Origin: Vicugna vicugna
Taxonomy: Eukaryota
Direction: 5' to 3'
Assembly: GCA_013265495.1 (NCBI GenBank)
Contig: MU058781.1
Span: forward strand, 1,344,963 to 1,408,962
Length of the DNA stretch: 64,000 nt
Below, piece after piece: positions 1 through 14,456 of the stretch. The position numbers were made by a program, and so were the translations under genes. Numbering within the stretch: the first letter of the stretch is position 1; every line of letters starts with the position of its first letter. The notes beneath the pieces were generated by a model. It ran no database searches. It was not told the DNA's origin and saw only the letters and a program-made list of their open reading frames with translations.

Positions 1-230
1 AGAGTTTTCTAGTACTAGTCTCCCTTAGAATTCTCCTGAGTGTCACCGTCATTTAGGACACACTTGGGACATGGATTTATACATGTAGCTCTTACATATA
101 CACCTCATTACAGTGAAATCTGATGCACTGAAATCCGCTATTACAGGCTTTAGAAACTAGAAAACTAGCTCAATACACATAATACACAGAATCTCAAAAC
201 TTCTTTTACATACTTCTAAAGTCCGTGCAG

Positions 231-383
231 GGGGAAGGTGTAGCTCAAATGGTAGAGCGTCCGCTTAGCATGCATGAGGTCCTGGGTTCAATCCCCGGTA
301 CCTGCATTAGTAATAATAATAATTAATTAATTAGTAGACCTAATGACCTCCTCCCTCCAAAAAAAAATTTTTTTTCAAAAAGA
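231..383 (+). mobile_element. tRNA-Ala-derived SINE (Vic-1-like, camelid)
   Basis: Pol III A box (tagctcaaatgg) and B box (ggttcaatccc), AT-rich body and A-tail. Flanking TSD taaagtccgtgcag (217-230) / taaagtctgttcag (384-397). Confidence 0.9.
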
Positions 384-2734
384 TAAAGTCTGTTCAGCCG
401 TATATTCCAGTAAGCACGTCCCACTCTTTCCCTTCGTTAACTGAAATGATTCCATCTCTGAAGCACTTCTGCCTTTCCTCCAGTCTAGAAGAGTCTGCTC
501 ATTCTAATGCAGCCTCCTCCTCCTTGTTCTGTGTAACGAGCTCTGAGTGATCAAAAGGAGTTGCACATTCACCCCCAATGGAAAATAATAAAGTGTCAAT
601 CTGTAAGAAAAAAATGACTCTTCAATCCAACGTGATTATTCAGTCAAGAAATTTCTTTTACTTTGCCAAGAAAGGGGAGGGGGAGCGGGAAGTATTAGGT
701 AATTTAATGGTTCGAGTTATCAAATGTGATTTTAATGGACATACATTCCATTTTACAACGAAACCGTATAGGCTTTGATCCATACAAGTCCATGTCACAG
801 AAAAGTTTAGGAGTCCATCTGCTCGGAAAGGGCCTTGCACCTGCAATCCATCAGACACTGCGGACTTTGAAGCTTTACTCTCCTACTCTAGTTTCTAGTT
901 AATTACTCCCTTCCCTGAGCTACTTGGGTGTTTGTATAAATTTCGGTTCATGATTTTGCTGCCGTGTCTGCTGTCTTGTCTATGTCCTCGGCTGGGCTGT
1001 GACTTGCTTGAGGGAAAGTCTCGTGGCTTATTTATCTTTGTACCTCCGGAGCCTGGCGTGCAACAAACACACGTCAAACTCTTAACTAGGAGCCATCACT
1101 GCTCTGGATGCCGCACTCATGGAACCTACCCATATCCGTTGCTCAGCACAAATCTTCAGTAAGCCCAGTTGCGTTTATTGCAGCCCTTGGTGCTGCTGTT
1201 TCATCATTCCTTTTTATTTTTATCAGCTACGTCTGAGTTCATCAGTACACTTACCAGGTTTCATCCTTTTGCAGGGATACCCTGATGACCCGAATGCCCA
1301 TTGCCAGAGGTAAGAAAAAGAGTCAGAGGCTCCACACGAGATTCGGGAAAGAGTGCCTGGCTGTTGATGGCCCCAGGGCCCTGTTGGAGGAAAGTGTTTC
1401 AAAAGAATTTAATCTGTAAGTTCCCCAAACCTTCTTGGATAGACCCAAAACGGTGTCCTGCAGCAGGGCCTTCTCTTTGATGAGGACCAGCCTCATGGGG
1501 GACAGTCGAGCACCTTCCTCCCTAACCTCTGAGTCACCCGCTGAGGCTGAGAAAGGCTCCAGCTTTCTGCACCCTCTGTTTCTTCATCTGTACATGGGGG
1601 ACGATGATAACCCTTCGATGAGAATGATAGTAACAGCCGTAACCGACATTACTCACTGAGATGTGGACAAGACTTAAGGCAATTTTCTAAAGTATTTAGT
1701 GCCATGAAGAATATTTAGAGGCCAAAATGAACATGAAGAGAATGGTAAATCTTTTCTTTCTCCCAAGGCAAGACTGCAAGAAAATTCTTGTCTCTGTTTC
1801 AGCCACTCCCCTGTGTTAAGGCTCAGCTCTCTACATTCCCTTTTGAGAACCCCAGAGAACATTCTGGAATGCAATTATCCCCACTGGGTGAAATCGGCAT
1901 AACAGAATGACAGATGGAGGGACATCTTAGAGCTCTAATCCAACGCCTTGATTTTACATATGATCAGCTGAGAGTGATCAGTGTTATCTGGGTTACCAAA
2001 CGTCACATGACGAATTAGTGATGAGCTAGGAGCAAAGATACTATTCCTCTTACATTATTTCCAGGAATCCTTCCAAGACTTCATGCTTAGATCTGCACAG
2101 TCTATGTTTTTAGGGACTTCACAAAGCTGTAACTCAACATGCACTAGTTTTTTAGATGTTTAAGCTAAAGTCACCAAATGGAAGGAGATGTTATAACAAT
2201 GAATGGAAAAGGGGGATAAAGTAGAGGTCAGGAATGAGGACAGAAATTAAAAAAAAGGGGAGTGGTGAGAAGGGTGTAGCTCAAAGTGAGGACCCAGAGA
2301 GAGATAAGGGTGGATTTGGGTGGAGCTCTAAATATGAATACGAGATGCTTAATAAACTGTGACCTAGCCTTTCTCATGATGAGACATCTGATAACAGGGG
2401 CAGGTGGACATGCAGAGCTAAAAGCGGGAGTTAAAAGTTCAAGGATGATAACCTGTATCCAGGATTTAACCAGAGAGGTAAAAATAAAAAGCTCACCAAG
2501 ATGGAGAAACGGCAGTTTATCAGAAAAAGGCATTCTTTGCCAGCAATTCTGGATGGCAAAGCACAGAATTATAAACATGATAATTTTATAACGTTCTGAC
2601 AATATAATTGATAAAATGAATAATACGTAACTGATGTATGATGTCCCAACAGGTATGGTATAAGATCTGCCATCATCTACCTTCTTCCTTTTCTTATCTG
2701 GTACAGTGTCACGAAAAAAAAAATTATATACATT

Positions 2735-2910
2735 TGGGCTAATGGAATCAGACAAACCAGGTTTGAATCCCAACTAGCCTTCCAGAGGCTCAGTTTCCTC
2801 ATCTGCTAAGTGAAGGTAATAATAACCTACCCACAGAAGATGATCATAAGAATAAAGTGAGTCAGGATGTGTAACGTGCCTAGCACATAATAGATTTTCA
2901 ATAAACATTT
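2735..2910 (+). mobile_element. MIR SINE
   Basis: ggtttgaatccca...ctcagtttcctcatctg...aataataacctacc MIR core. Confidence 0.8.
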
Positions 2911-4424
2911 GCTTTTCCTCATCTGCCTCTCTGTGCCACTAGCTGGCAATAGGAGGGACAAACAGCAGAGTCTAGGAAAGAGGGATAATATGGCCACCAA
3001 GCATACTCTAGCGCTCTCTGGGTTTTATGGTCAAAACAATCTCGATCCAGGTGCACTTGAATCTTGGCTGGTCTCTTCCCTCCTGGCAAAGGCTATCTGG
3101 CACCTCATACTGTACTCAACTTCCCCTGTCACTTCAAATGGGTCTGTTGGTTCTACCTAAGGTCTTGCCTTCCAGAGAGGAGCTAGGAGATTAACTGTGC
3201 ATATAGATAATATTGGTGATTTCTCAACACTCCCACTTTCTGAGTCTAGGAAATACGCATGTCCTATCAGAGACTATGACCCAGTGACCATCCCGCTCCA
3301 CTTTCTCACCATTCTAAGTACCTGCTACTCACTCATCCCACATCCCACAGTGGCCCCAAGACTTAGCCAAACTGTGCCATCAATGCCGGCCACACCAAAC
3401 ACTGCCCACATTTTCAGGATGGGTGTCTGACAAGACCACTTCGGGCTCTGTTCTGAACTGGCTTCTTTGACACACCAGCCAGTGACAGAAACAGAGGTTC
3501 ATGGATTTCCAGCTTAGAAGTCTTTGTACAAAGAGCCTGCTAGGAAGGTGATCCATTCTACTTTCTGTATTCTGACTGCTAGAAAGTTCTTTTTTTCCTA
3601 ATGAACTGATATCTATTCACCCATAGCTTGCCTTTACTTATCTTAATTCCACTCTTGAATAATGTAAAATAAGCTTAAAATTCCTTCTGTTCTTTCCTGT
3701 GCTCCCTGGTCAATAGCAGATGCGTAAGTGGGATTATTATTCACATTCATAGACTATACCTCTAACAGAAGTATATTCCTCAAGCAAAAAAAAAAAATTC
3801 AATAATAAAATAGCTATTATCTACTAGCTTAGAAAACTACGTCCAAGATAGCCCCAGGATGATTTCTAGAACACAGGTCAAAGTGGGAAAAGGAATCGTG
3901 ACCAACATCAAAAGCAAAATAAAAACAAGGACAGAGAATGTTTTTCCCCTCCTTTTTACATTTGGATGTATTTTCACTCAAGAAATTTTATGAGGCAGGT
4001 GGTAGGCTAGACCATCATCATTCAGTAGAGAGCAACGATTCATGTAGAAAGAGGCAGCCGCCAAATGCCCTTCCAGGGTAAGCCTGGAAGAAGGAGCGTT
4101 AGCCCCCAGCATGCCTTCCAGAGATAGATATTTTATAAATTATTAGTGTTATTACTACTATTTAATATTTTTATATGCATAATAGTTTATATTTTCAAAT
4201 CGCCTTCAACATCTCATCAGATGAATCACCCAAAAAAGAAGTTAAGCAAGAATTATTAACACCAAATTTCAGATTAGACCACTGGATCATACAGAAGGTG
4301 GGTAACGTACCTAAAATCAGAGCTTAGACAATTCATTGTTACTCTTCATGGGATCAATATGGTTGTATTTCAGAACCTAACTTAGTGGATTCCTTGAAGA
4401 AGTGTACCAGATCTAGAATTCTCC

Positions 4425-4812
4425 AGATATTATGAGCTGAATTGTCCACCACCACAACCACCACCACCCACCTCCTCAAAGCCATCTGCTGAAGTCCTAA
4501 CCATCAGTTAGACAAAATGGAGCTGTCTTTGGAGGTAGGGTCTTTACAGAGGTCATGTGGGCCCCAAACCAACCTGACTGGTGTCCTTATAAGAAGAGGA
4601 GGTCAGGACACAGGTACAGAGGGAAGACCGCGTGAGGACACAGCAGGAAGGGGACAGCTATGAGCCAAGGAGAGAGGCCTCAGGAGACACCAGCCCCGCC
4701 AGCAACTTGATCTCAGACTTCCAGCCTCCAGAACTGTGAAAAAACAAATTTCTGTAATTTAAGCCCCCCCAGTCTAGGGTACTTTGTTATGGCAGCTCCA
4801 GCAGACACACCA
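4425..4812 (+). mobile_element. MLT1A/B-like solo LTR (ERVL-MaLR)
   Basis: gactggtgtccttataagaagagga...ttgatctcagacttccagcctccagaactgtga...tttgttatggcagc. Confidence 0.88.
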
Positions 4813-5159
4813 GTTAGTCTTGACTTCAAGCTCCCTGTGGAGGTAAAGCTGAAGCCCTGTACTTCTCTGTGCTATGATCTCAGGGTCGTCAGAGGGACAG
4901 AAAGTTGCTGACACGTGTGCCTGTCTGCCATGCTCCCCAGAGCAGTCCACCTTGGGTGTGCGCACACATGTGATTTCTAACATCACCCCACTTCCCTCAA
5001 ATGTGTGCTTCTACAAACCAGCAGGTCTCATTGAGACACCAGGAGAGCTTCTTACAGGAACCCCCAACCTCTAAAACAGGTCCAGCAGCACAACTCCATA
5101 TAATGGAGAATAGTGACAGAAGAGATGAGTGGAACATCTTAACCTATCAATTTTTTTCC

Positions 5160-5349
5160 ATTTTTTTTTAATTGAAGTAGAGTTGGTTTTCAATGTTGTG
5201 TCAATTTCTGGTGCACAGCATAATGTTTCATATATTCCTTTTCATATTGTTTTCCACGATAGGTTACGACAAGATATTAAACACAGTTCCCGTGCTATAG
5301 AGTATAAACTTGTTGTTTATCTAGCCTACATACAGTAGTTAGCAAATCT
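5160..5349 (-). mobile_element. L1 3'-end fragment (artiodactyl type)
   Basis: Poly-T then attgaagtagagttg...cagttcccgtgctatag; reverse complement resembles the copy at 24518. Confidence 0.85.
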
Positions 5350-6959
5350 ATTATTTTTTTTAATAAAGCAATTACACTCCAAAATGGGATCTAGGGCAGC
5401 AGAATTAGAGCTTTAGAATATCCCAAATCACACAATATGTGATGAAGTTTCCACATCCTGACATCCAGGCACATCAAAGCATCACCAACCATTCACTTCC
5501 AAAACCTGGCTGCAGACACAGATGCTTTGTTTGAACAAAAGAAGAACATTGGCTATTACTGACTGGTTGTACCTGAGGCAAATCGAAAGATCCTGAATCT
5601 TTTCACTTGAAATTCACTGTAGCTCTCAAGTTCATGACTTCTCATAACTAAAACTCTGGGCTTATATTTAAACTTCCTATATCAAAGTCTGTCCTGAAAG
5701 GTGACTTAGTCACTGACAAAATTATGTAACATTATGTAAAGCGATGAATCCATCTGGCTGGTTTATCTGTAAATGGTTATAAATGTGTGTTGGGTACGTG
5801 GGCGTTCCTTGAAAACAGGCACATGTGTGCTGTTTCAGGACCTCTTTGAATAATTAGCAGAAAAGTCCCTGACAAATGCAAACATCTGGTGAAGAAAGAG
5901 CTGTGTTTGATTTGAACACATGGTCACTACTTGGTAACAATCCCTTTAAGTGCAAGTCTTCCAAAAATTCGAGGTAACCTCAATTTTGAGATCTGTGTAT
6001 TTCCTCTTACTTAGATCTAACTATCATGGGCACACCTTAGCTTTTCAAGATAATTAATTTAAATGTGGAAAAGGACGTGCAGGGCATAGATCACGGTTGC
6101 TGGGACATATGGTCCTAACAAACCATGGGACAAACACAGTGGATCATTATGCCAAGGAAACAGCCAAGCTTCCTTGACATTATCATTCCATAAGTAGTCC
6201 AGGCTTTCCCAAACTTGAGGAATAAAACCTGATGCGTGCAAATTCATGGCCTTCAAGAAAACTTTTCCCATTGCCTTCTACTCACTACTTTTCCTTGCCA
6301 ACCTCTGAAAGGACATCTTCAAGGTGAAGGGAACATGAATTCTTCAAGGAATCGACAGTGTTTACCAAACCCCTGCTGTTGGCATGGCACAAACTCCTGC
6401 TTCTTGGGGGCTTACAATGTAGTTGTAAAGAAATATTTATCACATCTGAAATTTTTCGGGGTTTTTAAGTCTTGCAAAACACAATTTATCTATAATACGT
6501 ACCATGTGTCTCTGTAATAGACCATGCATCCATGAGGGCCCAGGTACACATCTGCATTTGTTCATGGTTATGTTCCCAGTGCTTATAACAATGACTTGGT
6601 TATAAGCCCCTGATAGTTATTCATAAATATATTTGAATAAAATGTATATAATAAGATGTAACGGAAGTCCAGGAAAGGGGACATCAATTAAGAGCAGAGT
6701 TATAGAGATGATTTCACGGAGGAAATGATCTGGGTCTTAGAAATTCAGAGACTTTTTCAGATGGAGGCATGAACAAAGGAAGAGATGGACAGGGCATAAG
6801 AGGAAAAGTCCACAGTTCTTAGACCCACACTGACCCGTCTGTTTACTCCTCCAAATGGTCTTTACTGTCATCGGCCACATTAGGTGCTCGTTTTCCTCCT
6901 TGCCCTGCTTAGTGTTCACATCCGTCCGAATACTGCCCCATTCACACACACCCTCAACC

Positions 6960-8990
6960 CCTTTCTCCCTCCCTTCTAGAACTCACTTGGCAAAACTCCA
7001 AAACCTGGTTAAACCCAAGGCTCCATCTGTTTAGCAGCTGCCCTCCAGCTGAACGTGACCGGGCAAAAGCTCACAACTGTACAAACAGGTTTCATCTTTA
7101 ATTTAGATTTTTATTTTAAACTTATGAACAAAAATCTCAAGTGGCTTTTCAAGACTTCTTAACAACACTATACGTCCAGTCCATTCAGTTTCTCTTCCTC
7201 CAAAACGACTATTTCAGCCCTTTGCCTCTCTTCCACAAACTCTAAAAGACGTCCCCTCCCAATTACATTTGACACTGCTTTACCTCTTAGAGAACATAGA
7301 AACCATAAGAAGAGATTCAACTTGCTTTCCCACAGCCCAGTTCTACCAATGTACTTGCAACCTTAACTTGCTTTTCCCTATTTCCTACTTTCTAAGGTCA
7401 ATTGTTCACTTGTTCTCTTTAGCACATAACTTCTTGCCTACTTCTTGCTTATTATCTCTTCTTATTTCTAATTTATCTATTTTCCCTTCTTCTGCACCAT
7501 TTCCATCTACATACAAAAATGCCTAAATAGGTTTTTCCTTTAAAAAAAAATCCACCCTTCACTCCACAGTCCCGTATTTCCCTTCCTTTTACAGCAAAAC
7601 TTGAAAGAGTTTCTACACTTCCTGTCTCTGCTTCTTTACCTCCTGTTCTCTCTTTAACCCACGTCATTCAGAATTCTAGCCCCACGATTCAACTGCCGTG
7701 GCTCTTGTTAAAGTCATCATGTCAAATCTAAGTGGTCCACTTTCTGTCCTCATCTTACTGGGCTCCTCAACAGGAGTCAACACAGGGGACCACCTGTTCC
7801 TTCTTAAAACATTGTGATTTTCAGGACACCATCTATGTCTGGGTTTCTCCTCTTTCATTGGCTGTTCCTTCACAGTCTTCCTTGCCGGCTTCTCTTTCTC
7901 AGGCTGTCCATTAAATAGTGGAGTGCCCCTGAGCTGAGTCCCAGCCTTGAATGAACACGCCCCCTCCCCAGATGACCTCTTCTTGACCCTTGGCTTTGAA
8001 TGCCATGTACTAGTGAGTCATACTGGTAACTCCTATAGTGTTTCTCCAGTTGTGATATTTCTTCTAAATTTCAGACTACTATACACAGCTACCTAATACT
8101 CAATGTCTTCACTTAAAATCATCAAAACGTCTTAGTTTCCCAATCTAAACCACTTCCTCCTCTAATTTCCCTATCTCAGACAGTGACCCCACAAATTACC
8201 TGATTGTTCAGACCACAAGCCTAGAAGTCCCCCTTGGCTCCCCTCTTTCCCCACTGCTGCTCATCCCATCCATTATCCAGGTCTTTGTCAATCTCTCAAA
8301 ACCTGCACTGAGCTCTGCCACCTTTTACCACTTCCACTGCCCCCTCCACACTCAGAGCCCCAGCGGCTTTCGTGAGCACTTACAATAGTCAAGCTGCTGG
8401 ACTTCTACACCCTTCTTTCTTCTCAGCAAGAATATTCTCCACAGAGCAGCCAGCATAATCATTTTTAAACTAGAGATCAGATCACCTTGCTCCTCTGCTC
8501 AACTTCAATGGTTTCCCACCGGGGTTAGAATAGAATTCAACGTCCATACTGCAGCCTACAAGTCCCTAGTGATGAAGTTACTGGCTACTCCCCATCTCCC
8601 CATCTCCTCCTCCTCGGTCACTCCTCTCCAGCCACATGGACCTTCTGGCTGCTCTTCAACCAAACCTGGTTTTTTTCCACCTCTTCCTCCAGTGCTCTCC
8701 ACCTAGGCATGTGCTTGAATGCCCACCCTTAATTCGGTCTCTGCTCAGATGTTTCTCCTTAGAGTGACCTTCTAGTCCCCTCCCGGTCAGCCTCCAATCC
8801 TTCCTTCTTTTCTTCCCAGCATGCATTGCTTATGAAACCAAATTATTTTTTAATTTGCTCACATGTCATTTGTCTGTCTTCCTTTCTGAAATATGCATTT
8901 AATAGAGGAGGGAAACTGTACTTGGTTTCTCTACCCCTGTGATGCCAGACCCAAGATGAGTATTTAAAAAATACTGCTAAGGGAAGGAAA
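6960..8990 (+). mobile_element. Degraded L2 LINE (ORF2/RT remnant and 3' end)
   Basis: Remnants of L2 RT motifs (tctgtcctcatcttactg..., ggagtgcccctgagctg) and typical 3' region (tcagatcaccttgctcctctgctcaa). Confidence 0.8.
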
Positions 8991-9729
8991 GAAGGAGGCG
9001 AGAGAGGCTAGAATGTTCTTTAGTATCAGATTATTTCCGTGAATCCATCAAATTAAAATATCCAGATGAATAGAAACACCTTCATATTAGCAACTTAGCA
9101 GAGCAGCTGTCATGAGCTCAAAATCAATAGATTTCCTGCCGCGTCCCATAGGTCAGCGTACAACCTGACTTGGCTCTCTTGAAATTAGACTGTGTGGTTG
9201 CCAGATCTAGATTCCCATCTAACAGGTGCATTCTTTGAATGGATTCGGGCTATCTGCTGCTAAAAATACCTGTCATAGAACAGATATGCTAATCGAATTG
9301 CCTTGGCCAGCCTGGAGCGGTTGAGAATGTGAACTCCTGGAGGTCAGGCTGCCCAACCCCCGTTACCTGCACAGTAAACTTCAAATGTAAATGAGGCTCC
9401 CTCTTTTCATGAGACCCTGTGCACAGCAAGTAGGGAACAGTATTGCCCCTAAGACCCTATTCATGGAAAACTTGGAGGTAAAAATGGATTGCTGTGCATA
9501 CGCACTTCAGTTCCTGGTTCAAAGCCATGTCACTCTCAAACTGTGAAAACTCTATAGTGCCCCCAGTTCTCAGGCTGACCCTCAACTGTCTCTGTCCCTT
9601 TTCTACAAAGATCCTTCTTGCCACCATTCCCACCCACCCCTTACATAGGCTGGAGGTAGGGATTTGAGAAACGTGTCTGAGAGGAATCAACAAGTGAGAG
9701 CTGTGAATTATCTTCCAGTAAAATCTTTT

Positions 9730-10530
9730 GTGACTCATCAGATTGGAGGCTGAGAGAAGGGAATGAATAAGGATGACACTGACTGGTCAGAGAGACTGCC
9801 TAGGTGGTGACAGCATTGCCCAAAGTGGAAGAGGAGGCGGGAGGAAGATGAGCTGGTTGGGGGAGGAACAATGTACTTCTTTTGGACCCATTCAGTCAGA
9901 GGTACCAAGGACCTCAGGTGTGGATGACAGGGAGCAGTCACTCCTGGAGACACAGGTGTTAGTCAAAGCCATGGAAATGGATGAAACCATCCAAAGGAAG
10001 CTCACAGAGCGAGAAGAGAAAAGACATCCTCTTTCACAAGAGCCAGGAAGAAGGAGAGAGACAGCAGTATCTGGAGACAGGACGGTAGAGGGGGTGGAAG
10101 ATTATTTTAGGTTTAAAGAGACACAGACGTTTCCGCTGGCTACGTGGAAGGAGCTACAGGAGAGGGAGCAATAGAATATCCGGGAAGACGGCTGTAACTT
10201 TAAGGACATGGAGAGAGAGTGAAGGTACCAGCTGAGGCAGAAGGGTCTGAGATGCAGAACCCAGGTAGCGGAGGGTGTAGCCTCCAAGAGGAGGAGACAT
10301 GCCATTTCTCTCAGACAAAAGGGGCAGACGAATTAACAAGTAATAGCGTGGGAAGGCCAGGTCTGAAAGCAGGGCACTGGATGGTTATCCTGTCGGCTCT
10401 ACATCCTCTGTAAGAGGAAGACGATCAAATCTGTGAAGAGTGAGGGTGGTAGTGGATGAGGGCATAGATTTGAGGGAACTGGAGAGATTTTGGAATAGCA
10501 ATCCTGCAACAGGTGAAAACAATATAAGTG
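9730..10530 (-). mobile_element. Degraded L2 fragment
   Basis: Purine-rich antisense L2 signature (aaggatgacact..., aaagccatggaaatggatga). Confidence 0.55.
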
Positions 10531-11059
10531 GGAAGCGAAGATGGGGGCGGTATCAGCACAGGGCCCAGGACCATGTTTACCAAGCACACTGAGCGGGCAG
10601 GAAGCTGACACGTCTACCAGGGCTGCTGCACCCATGGAAAGGCTGGAGATCTTAATGAGCCTGAAAACGCTGCTAAACTTCTCAGTATCTTATTGCTTCA
10701 TCACTAATAATCTTTGAGTTCCTTGGGAAAGGACCATGATGGTGACAATGATGACGATGATTGATGGTGACCCTGCCCGTTTGCCAACTCCTTGTTTCTT
10801 CCGAGTTTGCTGCTGCAAACAAGGATGATGATTGCAGACGTGCTCTGTGTAGGAAGGTGGAACTAATTCTTTCACCCCTTCCTGCCGTCACGTTGATCTT
10901 AACCTCTTCCTCCTCCACGCTCTGCCCCTCCCAGTTCCCATCAATCTGGGATGCGATTCCCAAGAGAAAAGGCTGAAAGTGCCCCACCAAGTATCAGGAG
11001 GAAGAGGGGAACTCGGAGCATTGGATTTTTTTGTTGGGGTGGGGAAGTTACTGAACAGT

Positions 11060-11312
11060 TAATAATAATAGCTAACATTCATCAATCACAAACCCTGGTC
11101 TATTCACTCTTCATGTAATTAACCCACTTATTTCTTATATTAACCTCATGTGATGAAATAGATACTATTATTATCATACCTATTTTACAGCTGGGAAAAC
11201 TGAGGCACATGGTTCTGCCTAAAGTCACATAGCACAGGTTGTAAGTAACAGAACTCAAATTCAGGCAGCCTGGCTTCAGCCTCTGCCTTTGATCAATGCA
11301 CCATACTGCCTT
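11060..11312 (-). mobile_element. MIR SINE, near full length
   Basis: aataataatagctaacatt...ctattttacagctgggaaaactgaggcac...cctaaagtcacatagc. Confidence 0.85.
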
Positions 11313-13045
11313 CCTACAGAGAGCTCAGTGTAGGAAAACCTTAGACTTACTTTTGGAAAAGACCGTAGAGATGAGCTATTCCAGTCTCCCACATCAAGTG
11401 GGAATCCTTCCGCAGCTTGGATAACTCCGGGCTTGACAGACAGCCTGTTCCACAGCTGCACAGCCCTCCACTGGAACAAATGCTGCCAAAATCCTATCCC
11501 TGGGCCTCCCACCCTGGGGAAGCCCAGAGAGAACGGGGCTATAAAAGTAGTGAGTGCCCCGACCCTCCTGGCCTGGGCAAGTCTGTACCCACCCTTGGAC
11601 CAGCAAGACAAGGGCTATTTCCTAAGCTCAACAGGAAAAAAGAGACCAACAGAAACCTAGGCGACCCCAGCGGGGGACTGAGAGAGGAGACAGTGGCTCT
11701 CGGGTATGCTGGGTCCCTGAGGCAAAAGAGCGTTGGCCTTAAAGCACCCCAAGAAGGGCATGTCAGATTCTCGGGACGAGCTAATGTCAAACCAGAAAAT
11801 GTATGTAGTTCAACATTTGTTTAGTTTCTGAAACGGACATAAAAATAGATTTCACCTTCTAAAGCCCAATTCTTCAGTCAATAATTCAAAATTTGCTTCT
11901 GAAAGTGAAGGGTAACTTCAGAAAGGGCCTTCTCGCCCCCTGCTCGTGAAGCCTAGCTCTCCAATCCCTGGTTTTCCTTTGGGCCGGGAGGCGGACTCAG
12001 TGCCCTTCAAAGCTTGGCCTTTTGTCAACTTCCTCTAGGCCCCTGTGAAAGCTCAGTGGGTCTGTTCCCATTTCACTCTCCCACCATATGGGCTGCACTC
12101 ACCTGAGAGGGAGGGCATTTGGTCAGACAGACAGCGACAGAGTGTCTCGGGAGTGGAGGCCCGACTGCAGGCTGAGCCCTCAGCCTCTGCAGCCCTGGGG
12201 ACGGCAGCCTGGGATGACTGTCCCGAAACAGTGGTCATCCTTTCAAGAAGCCGTGTGTTGAGGCTGTGCCCATCAGCACGTTGTCGTTTCACAGCCCTGG
12301 ATGTGTGGGGCGCGGTGGGGCGGGGTGGAGAACCAGCAAGCAGAGACAGGACTGAAAACTCAGGAAACGATAAATAAAAAGGCAAGCGTGAGCCAAATCT
12401 TTTCACACTGGAGGAAATCAACATATGGAATAAGTTATTGGAACAAGCACCTAAATCGAAAGGCATAAATGAGTTCAACAGATACCTGCCTTGTTTGCTT
12501 GAAGACGAAAGAGCCAAAGAGAAATTGGGGAAGAGAGGAGTAAATAGGAGTGTTTCTCTTACTGATAGTTCATGAATTCAACCAAAATTTTGTTGAGCAC
12601 CTACTGGATACCAGAGACTGAGTCAGGTCTCAAGGATAAAAAGATGGATAAAACGTGGTCCCTGCCCTTAAATTACTCTCAGACTAGTATTTTAATCCCT
12701 TAAAGTTTTTATGGTTTCAGAGTTCTACTAAAATTTCATCAGAAAAAGTGTTCAAGGCATCTCAAGTCATGGAGGCCCTGGTGATAAAACAAAATTCCAT
12801 CCCTTTGGAGTCATACTTCAATGCATCATTTTTCAAACCAAGACCACTTCCACTTGAGGACAGAAGAGACCCAGAAGGCTCATGGTAGTGGGAGATCTTT
12901 AGTTGGTCGCATGCGGTGGGACTTAGATTTTCATGCTGTAGTGGAAACAGCCCAGGCTTTGCAGCCAGGAAGAATCCAGACTCAGCCATTAACTGACCAT
13001 GAAACCTTAGTCAAAGTCTAAATTTTCAAAATTCAACAATTTAAG

Positions 13046-13443
13046 TGTTGGGAGAGAATTCTCCACGGACTTCTTGAGTTTCTGCACAACTTATAAGCAA
13101 GGTACTAACTGTCCTTTGTTCCAAACTGTCTTTACAAGAATGTTTCCATAACGAATAGCCTTGGGAAATAATGTCTCCCTCCAGAAAAAAGGGAAGACAG
13201 ACTTACCGGACATTGTACAAGGTTTGGGTTCCCTACCTTAGTATAATGCACGTCACTTCTGTAGGACTTGGGGGCAAAGGTAACTGGCACAAATATACTG
13301 ACTCACGCTGTTTGCTGTACCACCTTCATAAAGTCCTTTGTTTCTGACCCAGGGATCTTGTGTCTTCTGCCAGCATTCTTGTGGCAGGTTAATCTGTTAG
13401 CTCGCAATTAGGGTAAAACTTCGGGTCTTTTGTAGGTTCTACA
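13046..13443 (+). mobile_element. Solo ERV1-class LTR (LTR37-like)
   Basis: TG...CA termini; ataaagtcctttgtttctgacccaggg...tgtgtcttctgccagc R/U5 pattern. Family name from memory. Confidence 0.75.
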
Positions 13444-14194
13444 TTGACTCTGATGTAAACATGCAGTGAGCACAAACAAAGACTGAATTGACTCACTAAT
13501 AAAGGAACCAAGAAGATGGTAAAGGTGAGTTCTAGGAACATTTGAAAATAGACATTTCTTTGCCCGTACAGGAAAGAAATGCTGCAAAAAGCTAAATTAG
13601 ATACAAAACTGGGTAGTGTCCTACTGGTCAATAAAACTACCACCTTCGGGATTATCTTTTGTAATAGGAAGAATTGGTTTGCATCTCTACTGGACAAAAA
13701 TAAGTTGTAATTTAGCAATCTACAAATTAACAAATTTCACCGAGTCTGGGCCCTAATCCTAAGAAATAGCCAATCAAAGTACCTTCCCCTAAAGAATGAC
13801 ATGATCTCTGGGTGAGCCTCTTAGTACTTCTGATGATACTGAAAAAACATGCAGGCAACCACCCTTTTGCTTATTTCCAAGTTTCAGATTATTTTTTTTC
13901 TTACCACCTTGAACAAGTAATCTAAGTTCCTGGAGTTCGGTGTCTTCATTGTGAAATAGAGACATTAACACCCACCTTGAAGGGCAGTTGTATGGAGGAG
14001 GAGAACATATAAAGTGTCTGTCACAAAATAGGTGTCACATTTAAAGTAGCTGTTACAAACAGTAATCATACGCTATTAGATTTTTCTAAATCTTTCAACC
14101 TCAGCCTGCCACCAACAACTTTTATTTGTGCTCTGAGATTAAAAAGAATGTATGTTTGTGTGTGTGTTAACTTTGAAAAGCTGGCTGGTATATA

Positions 14195-14302
14195 CAAAAA
14201 AAATATGAAAACAAACATATGTATGTTCGTGTATGGCTGAAGCCTTATGCTGTACACTGGAAACTGACACAACATTGTAACTGACTAGACGTCAATAAAA
14301 AT
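14195..14302 (+). mobile_element. Short L1 3'-end fragment
   Basis: tatgctgtacactggaaactgacacaacattgtaactgacta...caataaaaa. Confidence 0.8.
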
Positions 14303-14456
14303 ACAGAGAGAGAAAAGAAAAGCTGGTTAGGAGCATAGGATGGTGAGAAGCGGTTAAATTCCTTTTTATAAAGGTACAGTCTGGCTTGAAAAGGCAGGCC
14401 ATACACACCTACGGTGTAAAGCGCTGTCTCAAAGGGCACAAAAGTATTGAATCTCT

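Noticed and set aside
231..306. Apparent tRNA-Ala(AGC) gene
   Set aside because: Anticodon and acceptor stems are mispaired, and it is followed by an AT-rich body, A-tail and TSD, so it is a SINE head.
2255..2290. SINE-head-like gggtgtagctcaa
   Set aside because: No B box or tail follows; too short to call.
2228..2773. 181-aa minus-strand ORF
   Set aside because: Starts in a MIR with a non-ATG codon and has no recognisable homology or splice context.
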